Source: Moritella viscosa (GTDB taxonomy: Bacteria > Pseudomonadota > Gammaproteobacteria > Enterobacterales > Moritellaceae). Taken from it: a stretch of DNA of 24,000 bases. Position 1 is the stretch's first letter, and the number at the start of each line of letters is the position of its first letter. Position numbers and translations under genes: made by a program. The DNA lies in the NCBI GenBank assembly GCA_000953735.1, contig LN554852.1, positions 1,165,846-1,189,845 of the forward strand, read 5' to 3'. Below the pieces are notes generated by a model. It was not told the DNA's origin. It was given only the letters and a program-made list of their open reading frames with translations, and ran no database searches. Below are positions 1-7,668 of the stretch, one piece after another.

Positions 1-1
1 C

Positions 2-307
2 TGGTTGATTGAAACTGAAAGCAATGTGACGGATAAGTTTAAATTAAGCTCAAGCGGTGAAAATTCACTGGTTATTTGTGCTGAAGTTTATGATCGTGCT
101 TTCTCTGATACCGATGGGGTATTAGAAAGCCCGCTTTCGGTCTTTATTCGTCATGGTGATCAAGCATTTATTGATAAAATGTTCTCACACGGCTATTTGG
201 TGTTTGGTTCAACGAACCGTTCGATTGTGAAACGCCATAACCGGTATATTCTCCGTCCGTTTAATCACGCTAAAAAGTTAGCTATTTTACCGACACTAGC
301 AGACTAA
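2..307 (+). CDS. 3' end of a CDS entering from upstream of the window; hypothetical protein, family not recognised
   Basis: The frame is open from the window edge to TAA at 305-307 (ORF track 5..307). It is convergent with the next gene. I can name no motif. Confidence 0.5.
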   Translation, partial: WLIETESNVTDKFKLSSSGENSLVICAEVYDRAFSDTDGVLESPLSVFIRHGDQAFIDKMFSHGYLVFGSTNRSIVKRHNRYILRPFNHAKKLAILPTLAD

Positions 308-320
308 ATTAGCATGATAT

Positions 321-350
321 ACAGGGATGATCTTGATTGATTATCCCTGT
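321..350. terminator. Hairpin between convergent genes (possible bidirectional terminator, no U-tract)
   Basis: ACAGGGAT (321-328) pairs with ATCCCTGT (343-350), an 8-bp stem with a 14-nt loop. It overlaps the stop codon of the minus-strand gene. No T-run follows on either strand. Confidence 0.35.
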
Positions 351-826
351 GTTGTACGTGCTGTTAGTATCTTATTCATGCCCGTATTTTCGCTATTTAT
401 ACTTTCAGTATCTTCTGGTGTTGTAACCGTTTTAGCAAATTGTTCAGGCAGAGGTTTCAATAAGCTAAATATTTGCGAAAACATGACAATCACAAACGTA
501 ATAAATAGATTGAAATGTTGAATGCCGGGTAACGGTAATATCACGCTAAATAGAATAAAAATGAGTGTGAACTTACAAGCATGACCGAGGATCATGAAGG
601 TATTAGCGCGCATTATATTGGCTGAGCCGGTATACAAGAATGACAATCGGGTAAAAATATATTGTGGCAACAAGAAGATCATCCCACCTAACGCTACGGA
701 GCGCGTAGACTTATGATCGGTACCAAGATAAGTCGCTGAAACAATAAATAATACTAATAACAGCTGGCCTAAAATGAGTTTTAGTGCATAACCTCTGATG
801 GCTAATTCATACGCATTATGTGGCAT
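341..826 (-). CDS. Small polytopic membrane protein with weak AtpI-like (ATP synthase protein I) pattern
   Basis: 161 aa with about 4 hydrophobic helices. The N-terminal 'ALKLILGQLLLVLFIVSA', the 'GGMIFLLPQYIF' stretch and 'GHACKFTLIFILFSV' follow the same order as E. coli AtpI ('ARKLLLVQLLVV', 'GGLAVFLPNVLF', 'GEAFKVLAMLVLLVV') as I recall it. An AAGGG Shine-Dalgarno lies upstream. No atp genes are adjacent. Confidence 0.45.
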   Translation of the reverse strand: MPHNAYELAIRGYALKLILGQLLLVLFIVSATYLGTDHKSTRSVALGGMIFLLPQYIFTRLSFLYTGSANIMRANTFMILGHACKFTLIFILFSVILPLPGIQHFNLFITFVIVMFSQIFSLLKPLPEQFAKTVTTPEDTESINSENTGMNKILTARTTQG

Positions 827-968
827 CTACAGCTTACCCTTCTTATTTAGATGAATTACACATAAGCGCTATTTTACCTTTTTCTTTATATCCATGCATA
901 GCTAATCTTTAGTTAGCGAAGTAAAATAAGGTAAATAAATAATGTTTACAGCTAACTGTATATAATCA

Positions 969-2420
969 TTATGATAATTCCATTACTGAATTTAGATCAT
1001 CGGCGAGTGTTTTTAAAATGATAACTTGTTGTGATAGTTGTGTACCTTGAGTTGCGACTGATTCAGAGATTTTACTGGTTTTATTGACACTTTCTGTTAC
1101 ATCTTGGTTAGCGTGATTAAGCTCTAGTAAAACATTAACTTGTTTTTCCATGATTTTAGCGAGCTGCTGTACATCGATGAGTGTACTGCCAACTTGATTA
1201 ATAATTTCGGATAATTCTGTCACAGACCCTTTTATTACAATTTGTCCTTGGTTAACTTCTTTGGTGCTTTTATCAAGTAGCTGTCTTATTTCACGCGCAG
1301 CTTGATTACTTCTAGAAGATAAATTACGGACTTGATCTGCAACAACGGTAAAACCACGCCCTTGTTCGCCAGCCCGTGCAGCTTCAATTGCAGCATTAAG
1401 CGCTAATAAATTGGTTTGCTCTGCTACTGAGGTAATAAGGTCGGCAACGACAACCATTTCTTGATTACTGTATAAAATATTACTAATAGCTTCAGTCGAA
1501 GCGGTTAATGATGAAGCACTGGTTTGGGCTTGATTATTAATGTCTTCACTGCGTAACTGTAATTCCTGTACAAATTGTTCAGATTTTTGGAAATCTAACG
1601 TCATTTTATTTAGGCGATTAGTCATTTTTTCTGCGGCATTTTCTTGTATATAACAAGTGATATTGAGTTCATCGACTTGATTGTGTAGTTCACTCGACTG
1701 CTGTGATAATTGCTTTGCTATGCTTGTTAACTGGTTAGCGTTATCTCCAGCTAATACGAGTACACGGCTTAAGTTTTGTTCTTCTTTTTGTGATTTTTCT
1801 GCAGCGGACTGACTTTCTTGCTGCGAAAGGAGGGAGGCTGTTATCGATTTTTCACGCTGTTTAGCTATATATGCTTGGGCGATACAAATGATAACAAGCG
1901 GTATCATAATACCAGACCAAGTTTCACCAGCTACACTCGCTTCAGATAAGATTACATTAGGTAGTTCGGTGCTATGTAATGATAGGTTGACCATCCAAGC
2001 TGTAACGGCAATAACAATTCCACTCCAGCATATTGCCATGGTTAAGCTTGCGGTGAGAAAAAATGAAATGATGAGCAGTGGGATCCAGAATGCTTGCGGA
2101 GAAATAATCACCCCTCCTGTCTGATAAACTAGATTTAAAGCGTTAATGACCATTCCTGTAAAGCCGATATTCAGGGCTAGATTGATGGTTTTAAATAAGC
2201 GTAATACAAGTGCTGCAATCAGCTCTGCACAGATTAAAAAGAGGGAGGTGTAGATCATCGCTTGATGATCATGACTGTACCACTTTACAAAACTGTAGAT
2301 TCCTGAGATAAATGATAATAATGTGAAAAAAAGTATAATTTCAACGATTTGATGCTGGTTTTTATCCCAATTATTGCGTTGTGGAAAAAACAGTGTTCGC
2401 CATAGAGAAAATGGGTTCAT
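969..2420 (-). CDS. Methyl-accepting chemotaxis protein with 6-TM membrane-embedded N-terminal input
   Basis: Canonical MCP signalling hairpin '[38 protein letters not shown]'. About six hydrophobic helices lie within residues 25-186, followed directly by coiled-coil sequence. AAGGAA Shine-Dalgarno. Confidence 0.9.
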   Translation of the reverse strand: MNPFSLWRTLFFPQRNNWDKNQHQIVEIILFFTLLSFISGIYSFVKWYSHDHQAMIYTSLFLICAELIAALVLRLFKTINLALNIGFTGMVINALNLVYQTGGVIISPQAFWIPLLIISFFLTASLTMAICWSGIVIAVTAWMVNLSLHSTELPNVILSEASVAGETWSGIMIPLVIICIAQAYIAKQREKSITASLLSQQESQSAAEKSQKEEQNLSRVLVLAGDNANQLTSIAKQLSQQSSELHNQVDELNITCYIQENAAEKMTNRLNKMTLDFQKSEQFVQELQLRSEDINNQAQTSASSLTASTEAISNILYSNQEMVVVADLITSVAEQTNLLALNAAIEAARAGEQGRGFTVVADQVRNLSSRSNQAAREIRQLLDKSTKEVNQGQIVIKGSVTELSEIINQVGSTLIDVQQLAKIMEKQVNVLLELNHANQDVTESVNKTSKISESVATQGTQLSQQVIILKTLADDLNSVMELS

Positions 2421-2513
2421 GGTATCGATTCCTTGATGCGTTCTTTATGGTAGCCGATTCATAGGGGATGTATGGCGACTGCCTGATAAGAATGGCAGCC
2501 GATATTTTGGTGG

Positions 2514-3077
2514 TTAGCTATTAAGCATCTCTTTTTTTAAGTCTTTATCTGTTGGCTTATCACCTAACCAGATCGTAAGTACCGCCTTTCTAAAGTCTTC
2601 TCCTGATGTAATAGACATAAACTCGCCATTTTTATAGTTAATCAATCCTTCGCCAGGTACACTCAGTAGTGTAAATTGATCACCTTTTTTAATCGGATCT
2701 GCGAACGTATCAATAAAGGCTGCTATTTTGGTATCTAGGTTTTTACTTTGCCCTGCGGTTGCACGTTCAAAACCTTCTTGCATCGCTTTGATCATTTTTT
2801 CGGATGTGATCATACTTGAGGTGATATTTAAGCGAATCGCGACGGCTTCATCACTATTAATCACATCATTACCTTGATCCATCTTGTAATGGGTAAATAA
2901 TGAACCAACATATAAATCGATAAAAAATTTACTACGAATACCCGCCCCATTTAGCTGTAAGTTTTCGCCTTGCGGTTTAATGCTATCTGGAATGCTTACA
3001 CCAGAGATCTCTGTTGTCGCCATGGCATTACTGTTCATCATTAATAGGGTGCTTAATACTAATGCTGTTTTTTTCAT
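2514..3077 (-). CDS. Secreted chalcone-isomerase-like (CHI-fold, Chalcone_3-type) protein
   Basis: Signal peptide 'MKKTALVLSTLLMMNSNAMA'. Family hallmark 'LQLNGAGIRSKFFIDLYVGSLF' (L-x-L-N-G-x-G-x-R-x-K ... Y ... L-[FY]). AGGAAGAG Shine-Dalgarno. Confidence 0.75.
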   Translation of the reverse strand: MKKTALVLSTLLMMNSNAMATTEISGVSIPDSIKPQGENLQLNGAGIRSKFFIDLYVGSLFTHYKMDQGNDVINSDEAVAIRLNITSSMITSEKMIKAMQEGFERATAGQSKNLDTKIAAFIDTFADPIKKGDQFTLLSVPGEGLINYKNGEFMSITSGEDFRKAVLTIWLGDKPTDKDLKKEMLNS

Positions 3078-3178
3078 TGAACTCTTCCTGAATGTAATTT
3101 TAGCTGGCCTTCTGAGAAGACTATATCTAGATGAAAATGCAGATATAGCCTGTTACTAGAATGCTTAGATATAACTGA

Positions 3179-4084
3179 CTAGAATGCGAATTTGTAACCT
3201 AGGCTGTATTTATCGTCAGCGCTGGTATTGTCACCGCTATAGTACAATGTAATTGTTTGTGTTTTGGTTAGGTAATAGCCAAGCTTGAGATCCCAAGCGG
3301 TAGATGCCATCTGTAAACCGCCGTCTATGATATCTTTATCCCATTCTTTACCGGCAAGCGCTTTGGTATAACGGATGCTACCTAGGGCAAAGAAATCTTC
3401 ATGTGGCTGGTAACGGATATAAGACATTGCAGTACCAGTTGTAGTCATCCAGTCCATGCCTTCAGAACTGGTTGTTGTTAAAGCCTGTTGGCCCATTAAT
3501 CCTGCAAGGGCTCTTTTTAAGCTGTTAGCTGCCTGAGTATTACCACTTGCTTCGGCTTGTACAATACCAGCTTTTGTTTTAGCAATTGCAAACTCTAAAT
3601 TTTGAGACGTATTATCTTCAGCTACGACACCACCAACCAACAGCATTGGCCAAATGTAGATGTCATCACCAATTGGAATAGTTGCTACTGGACCCGCTTG
3701 TGCAACTACCATATTACCGAAAAACGGATGTTCAGCTGCCACAATATCAGCAAAACCACCGAGGCCATTTGTGGTATTGATATTGCCGTAGCGTAAACGG
3801 AAGTTACGGCTAGAAATATCACGACCAGTTGTAGGCTCTGTATAGTTATCCTCATCAAGAATATCTTTTACTTCGAAGATAAAGCCACTGCGTTGTGTAT
3901 CGGTTTTAGTTAGAACAGCCATGGCTTCAAAATCAAGGCCTTTGTTGCCATAAGCCAAACCAGCATAAGCATAAACCGCAGTCGGGTCAGCCATATCTGG
4001 GCCATCTGTTTTTGCTTCTTCTGCAATCACAGCCATTGACGAAAAAGACGCTAACACTGCAAGAGTTAAGATACCTTTTTTCAT
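3179..4084 (-). CDS. Outer-membrane beta-barrel protein, family unassigned
   Basis: Signal peptide 'MKKGILTLAVLASFSSMAVIA'. Alternating amphipathic strands rich in Gly, Tyr and Thr. The C-terminal 'LGYKFAF' ends in Phe, a typical OMP sorting signature. GGAG Shine-Dalgarno 7 nt upstream. Confidence 0.75.
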   Translation of the reverse strand: MKKGILTLAVLASFSSMAVIAEEAKTDGPDMADPTAVYAYAGLAYGNKGLDFEAMAVLTKTDTQRSGFIFEVKDILDEDNYTEPTTGRDISSRNFRLRYGNINTTNGLGGFADIVAAEHPFFGNMVVAQAGPVATIPIGDDIYIWPMLLVGGVVAEDNTSQNLEFAIAKTKAGIVQAEASGNTQAANSLKRALAGLMGQQALTTTSSEGMDWMTTTGTAMSYIRYQPHEDFFALGSIRYTKALAGKEWDKDIIDGGLQMASTAWDLKLGYYLTKTQTITLYYSGDNTSADDKYSLGYKFAF

Positions 4085-4173
4085 AATTTACTCCGTTTAT
4101 CATTATTTTTAAAATTAGATACTTTATGGTTTATTTATTTAGATTTTTTGCGCTTAATGGTCAGTAGGCGCTG

Positions 4174-5358
4174 TTATGCTGTAGCTTTATTCAGTTGACG
4201 TTGTTGCCATTTTTTAGTGAAGAATAAGTAAGCATAAACACCATTAATAATGAAACTGGCTGCACCAGCTGCAAGCATTAGCTCATCATTACGTGGCATG
4301 GCAACGACATTACTTTCAAACATGGCTGGGTTAGTGAAGTAATACATGAATGAACCGGCGAGGGTAAACGCACGGGCTTGTAACCAGGTACCTTTCTTGA
4401 TGAATAGCGCTGGAAGTGTTGCTGATATCAGAACCATCAATTGGGCTGTTGCAGAGCCTGGGAAATTTAAGTAAACAAACACGATATTCCACACATCATA
4501 AGCAATGATCCAGAAGGTCGTCATCGCTGGCCAAACCATGTCTCGTTCTTTACTCTTATCGGCATGAATACTAAGCCAGCCTGTTAAGGTGATAATTGAT
4601 AAGATACCACCAATGGCATTAAGTACATTTGCCGTATTACCCATACTAAAGTCTTGCATGACAGCTTCGGAGATATTAATGGCGAGGAATGCCGCTGCAC
4701 CAAATTTAGCCCATTTCATGTTGCCTATTTTGGTAAAACGGATCAGGGTGAATAATGCTGCTGCACCGACTACCGAATAAAGTTTTACCCATTTAAACCA
4801 GTAAGTAACATCATAGCTAGACCACAGAGGGATAAGTACAATCGGTAAGATAAAAAACAATAAGTAGTTACTCCAAACTACACGACGGCATATTTCGTTC
4901 AGTAGCATTAGACCAAGTAATACCAAGAGTACGTGCCCGTAGGATCGGTATTCATACCATTTGTGAATGGTAAATGAATCGCCATCTAGGTTAAAGCTAA
5001 CGCGATCATCAGCGAAAAATGTTAGCGTTGCACCGTCAAAATCTTTAATTTTAGAGTCTTCGTCGCTGTTAATGATGATACGGTTATCTTGCTGCTGCCA
5101 AGTTTGCGGTTCGCTGTGGTTAAACCCCCCCGATTGTTTGATTACTTGTACTTGGTTATTATCTGCAAACTCTAAACGATAAAGCATGCTGCCTTCGCCT
5201 GGTTTACCATCTCGTGTACCTTGCCAAACCGTATTTTTAATGTCGGTTACGTAGCTCATATCATTATTGGTTGTGGTTGCATTTACGCCGCTAGCACAGA
5301 GTATCAGTAGCAATGTACACATTGCCATAAACATAGAGTTAATCTTGTTTTTCATCAT
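4174..5358 (-). CDS. Fusion membrane protein: signal peptide, ~115-aa beta-rich soluble domain and a ~9-TM domain paralogous to the upstream gene
   Basis: Signal peptide 'MMKNKINSMFMAMCTLLLILCASGVNA', then a hydrophilic domain (residues ~28-140), then a TM domain sharing motifs with ORF 5430..6338 (PLW, WF[KR]W.K, NI[SA]EA..DF, WN..FV...PG, AR..TLA). Confidence 0.8.
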   Translation of the reverse strand: MMKNKINSMFMAMCTLLLILCASGVNATTTNNDMSYVTDIKNTVWQGTRDGKPGEGSMLYRLEFADNNQVQVIKQSGGFNHSEPQTWQQQDNRIIINSDEDSKIKDFDGATLTFFADDRVSFNLDGDSFTIHKWYEYRSYGHVLLVLLGLMLLNEICRRVVWSNYLLFFILPIVLIPLWSSYDVTYWFKWVKLYSVVGAAALFTLIRFTKIGNMKWAKFGAAAFLAINISEAVMQDFSMGNTANVLNAIGGILSIITLTGWLSIHADKSKERDMVWPAMTTFWIIAYDVWNIVFVYLNFPGSATAQLMVLISATLPALFIKKGTWLQARAFTLAGSFMYYFTNPAMFESNVVAMPRNDELMLAAGAASFIINGVYAYLFFTKKWQQRQLNKATA

Positions 5359-5429
5359 TATTCATCTCTCTATAATTCGGGGGCAGGGATAGCGCCCACC
5401 CAGTTGGCACTATCTGCTGATTTATATAA

Positions 5430-6338
5430 TTAAGCTCTGGCTAGTTTTCCTTTGGGATCTGGGTTTAATTCAGTACCAGCATATTCACTTATTAATGGCT
5501 GGTTTTTACCACAAGGTGGCTCTCCAGTTGGGTTATTACGTTTTTTATTGAAGTACCAAATGGCAAATGGTACATGTAGTGCAAGGTTGATCGCACCCCA
5601 GAACCAGAGCACTTGCTCATTGGCCCAGCTTGAAGAGTCCATTACAGGCGTGAAGATATCAGCGTTTGCACGTACCAGGATATGGAAAGCGAGCGTATAT
5701 ACACGTGCTATGATGTATAGCTCTGGGCGACCTTTGATTAATGGATATAGCTCTGCGGCCATTAAGATACAGAATGAACTCGCAAAGAAACCAGGGTTTT
5801 CACCAAATACAAATGCCAGATTCCATGTTGTGTAAAGGAAGTTCCACGCTGCGGTAGAGTAAAATAGCAGATCGTTAGGTTTATCACGACCGATCACCCA
5901 GTACATACGCTGACCATTTTTGTAACGTGGAAATGGGATCGTAATACACAAGATCACACCACAAATAGCATTAAAGTGATTAGCTGTTGCGAAGTCTTTA
6001 ACGGTGGCTTCGGCGATATTAAGGAAGAGTACTGCATAGAGTACTTTTAGTACCCAATCCCCTCGGAACAAGGATAAGAACTTATTTGGGTTATCATGAT
6101 ACAGCCAAGCGATACGTGCACCACCTACCACAATTGCGGTTGGAATCAGTACACTGACAGTTTTAGCCCAGCGGAACCAGCCGTCTAAGTTTTCTGCCCA
6201 TAAGGGCGCTGTTAATAATGAGAGTAACCAAAATGCAGCCGTTAACTTTGGTGTTCGACGCATGCCTTCGACCATTAATAGCAAAAACAATATGTAGCCA
6301 CTCATGGATACAACATATTGCCAAACAGGAATATTCAT
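5430..6338 (-). CDS. Polytopic (~9 TM) inner-membrane protein of an uncharacterised family; paralogue of the TM domain of 4174..5358
   Basis: 302 aa with about 9 hydrophobic helices. Strong Shine-Dalgarno (GGAGG, 4-nt spacer). The motifs shared with the downstream gene are listed there. I saw no transporter or enzyme signature. Confidence 0.8.
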   Translation of the reverse strand: MNIPVWQYVVSMSGYILFLLLMVEGMRRTPKLTAAFWLLSLLTAPLWAENLDGWFRWAKTVSVLIPTAIVVGGARIAWLYHDNPNKFLSLFRGDWVLKVLYAVLFLNIAEATVKDFATANHFNAICGVILCITIPFPRYKNGQRMYWVIGRDKPNDLLFYSTAAWNFLYTTWNLAFVFGENPGFFASSFCILMAAELYPLIKGRPELYIIARVYTLAFHILVRANADIFTPVMDSSSWANEQVLWFWGAINLALHVPFAIWYFNKKRNNPTGEPPCGKNQPLISEYAGTELNPDPKGKLARA

Positions 6339-6669
6339 AATACCTCCAATAAGTCTTTATAACTTAACCATTAATATATAGAGTAATAACTCTAACTTGG
6401 TTTTATTATAGTTATTTAGAGGCGTGGATAACGCGATTTTGATCACGGATTACGATTTAAGTAACCCTAAATGGATATACTTGGTCGCTATGTGCTTTAT
6501 ATCTAATTTATGCTATTTTTTTGCGACAGGGCGCAATGCTCTCTCTCTTATGTAGGTAAATCATTGGTGAATTTACGGTGTGTGATATACAGATAATAAT
6601 ATGTAATGTAAAGATAATGCTGGTAGGGGCTCATTTTGCTAGCATAACGTAATCATTATCAAGGAACGG

Positions 6670-7530
6670 ATGAAAATGGAAATAGAATCGAGTTACAACA
6701 CCTTCACGTTAACAGTCGAGAGCAGCGTTGCGCATTTACAATTTAGTCGACCTGATAAATTGAATTCAATGAATTTGGACTTTTGGCGTGAATTCCCTGC
6801 GGCCATCGCAGCGCTTTCTATGACAGACGATTTACGTGTGTTGGTCATTTCAGCGCAAGGCCCACACTTTTGTGCTGGTATGGATTTAGAAGTATTCCAA
6901 AGCCCTGACAATTTCCCTATGGGTAAAGAGAAAGCCAGAGTCAGTGAAGCGATGCGTCGTTTTATCATGCAGTTGCAGCAAGTATTTACAGATATTGAAC
7001 AATTACGTATACCTGTATTAACGGCTATTCAAGGTGGCTGTATTGGTGGTGCTCTGGATCTTATTGCGGCATCAGATATGCGTTATTGCACGCAAGATGC
7101 GTTCTTCACGATTAAAGAAGTGGAGTTAGGCATTACCGCTGATCTGGGTACATTACAGCGTTTACCGAGTATATTACCGCAAGGTATCGTGCGTGAACTC
7201 GCGTATACAGGGCGTAATTTTAGTGCCGCAGAAGCGGATAAATTTGGTTTGGTTAATCAGGTATTTGAAACGCAAGAAGCCATGTTAGATGGTGTGTTAC
7301 AGATCGCCAGTCAAATAGCTGCACATTCACCATTGGCAGTAACAGGCAGTAAAGAGATGCTTAATTACAGCCGTGATCACGGTGTTGACGATAGCTTGAA
7401 ATACATGGCAACTTGGCAAGCCGGTATGTTGTGTTTAGAAGAAACGATGACGATCTTACAGGCTAAAAAACAGCGTAAAGCCCCCGAATTAAAACCATTA
7501 CGTAAAGTGACTGGGTTGTTTGATAGTTAA
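6670..7530 (+). CDS. Crotonase-superfamily enzyme, delta(3,5)-delta(2,4)-dienoyl-CoA isomerase-like (ECH1 type)
   Basis: 'ISAQGPHFCAGMDL' oxyanion segment. 'GGCIGGALDLIAASDMRYCTQDAFFTIKEVELGITADLGTLQRLP' and 'SPLAVTGSKEMLNYSRDHGVDDSLKYMATW' closely track the mammalian ECH1 dienoyl-CoA isomerase sequence as I recall it. AAGGA Shine-Dalgarno. Confidence 0.85.
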   Translation: MKMEIESSYNTFTLTVESSVAHLQFSRPDKLNSMNLDFWREFPAAIAALSMTDDLRVLVISAQGPHFCAGMDLEVFQSPDNFPMGKEKARVSEAMRRFIMQLQQVFTDIEQLRIPVLTAIQGGCIGGALDLIAASDMRYCTQDAFFTIKEVELGITADLGTLQRLPSILPQGIVRELAYTGRNFSAAEADKFGLVNQVFETQEAMLDGVLQIASQIAAHSPLAVTGSKEMLNYSRDHGVDDSLKYMATWQAGMLCLEETMTILQAKKQRKAPELKPLRKVTGLFDS

Positions 7531-7568
7531 GGGACAGAGACGCCATAAGAATTTAATCGGTGGTATTT

Positions 7569-7625
7569 AAATAGCCTCAAAAACGACAATCCATCGGTGA
7601 TTGGTTTAGAGGCTATTTTAATTTC
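7569..7625. terminator. Long hairpin terminator between convergent crotonase and eamA genes
   Basis: AAATAGCCTC (7569-7578) pairs with GAGGCTATTT (7609-7618), a 10-bp stem. An inner CAATC/GATTG stem is also present. T-rich sequence follows on the plus strand. Confidence 0.5.
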
Positions 7626-7668
7626 ATCGCTATTGGGATCGGAATATAAAGAGATCGCGAATTTATTC

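Noticed and set aside
327-521. 64-aa plus-strand ORF overlapping the AtpI-like gene
   Set aside because: It is entirely antisense to a better-supported membrane-protein ORF. It has no Shine-Dalgarno and a low-complexity hydrophobic translation typical of a shadow frame.
1888-2124. 78-aa ORF antisense to the MCP gene
   Set aside because: Shadow ORF inside a confidently identified MCP. No start context.
5404-5420. Sigma54-like TGGCAC-N5-GCTGA element
   Set aside because: The GG-to-GC spacing is one nucleotide short. The element is also on the plus strand between two minus-strand genes, so it has no gene to drive.
3602-5835. Antisense ORFs 3602..3796, 4589..4780, 4967..5182 and 5452..5835
   Set aside because: All lie inside, and opposite to, the envelope-cluster genes, which have signal peptides, Shine-Dalgarno sites and paralogy support. 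The antisense translations show no motifs.
6525-6549. T7 + TTGCG-ACAGGG-CGCAA hairpin and (CT)5 microsatellite in the divergent control region
   Set aside because: The T-run precedes the hairpin on the plus strand, and an A-run follows it on the minus strand, so it is not a terminator in either orientation. The 5-unit dinucleotide repeat is too short to argue for phase variation.
6618-6636. FadR-like operator upstream of the dienoyl-CoA isomerase (…GCTGGTAGGGGCTCATT…)
   Set aside because: Only about 9 of 17 positions match the ANCTGGTCNGACNTNTT consensus. That is not better than chance in my judgement.
6693-6968. 91-aa ORF antisense to the dienoyl-CoA isomerase gene
   Set aside because: Shadow frame. 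The sense frame has unmistakable crotonase motifs.
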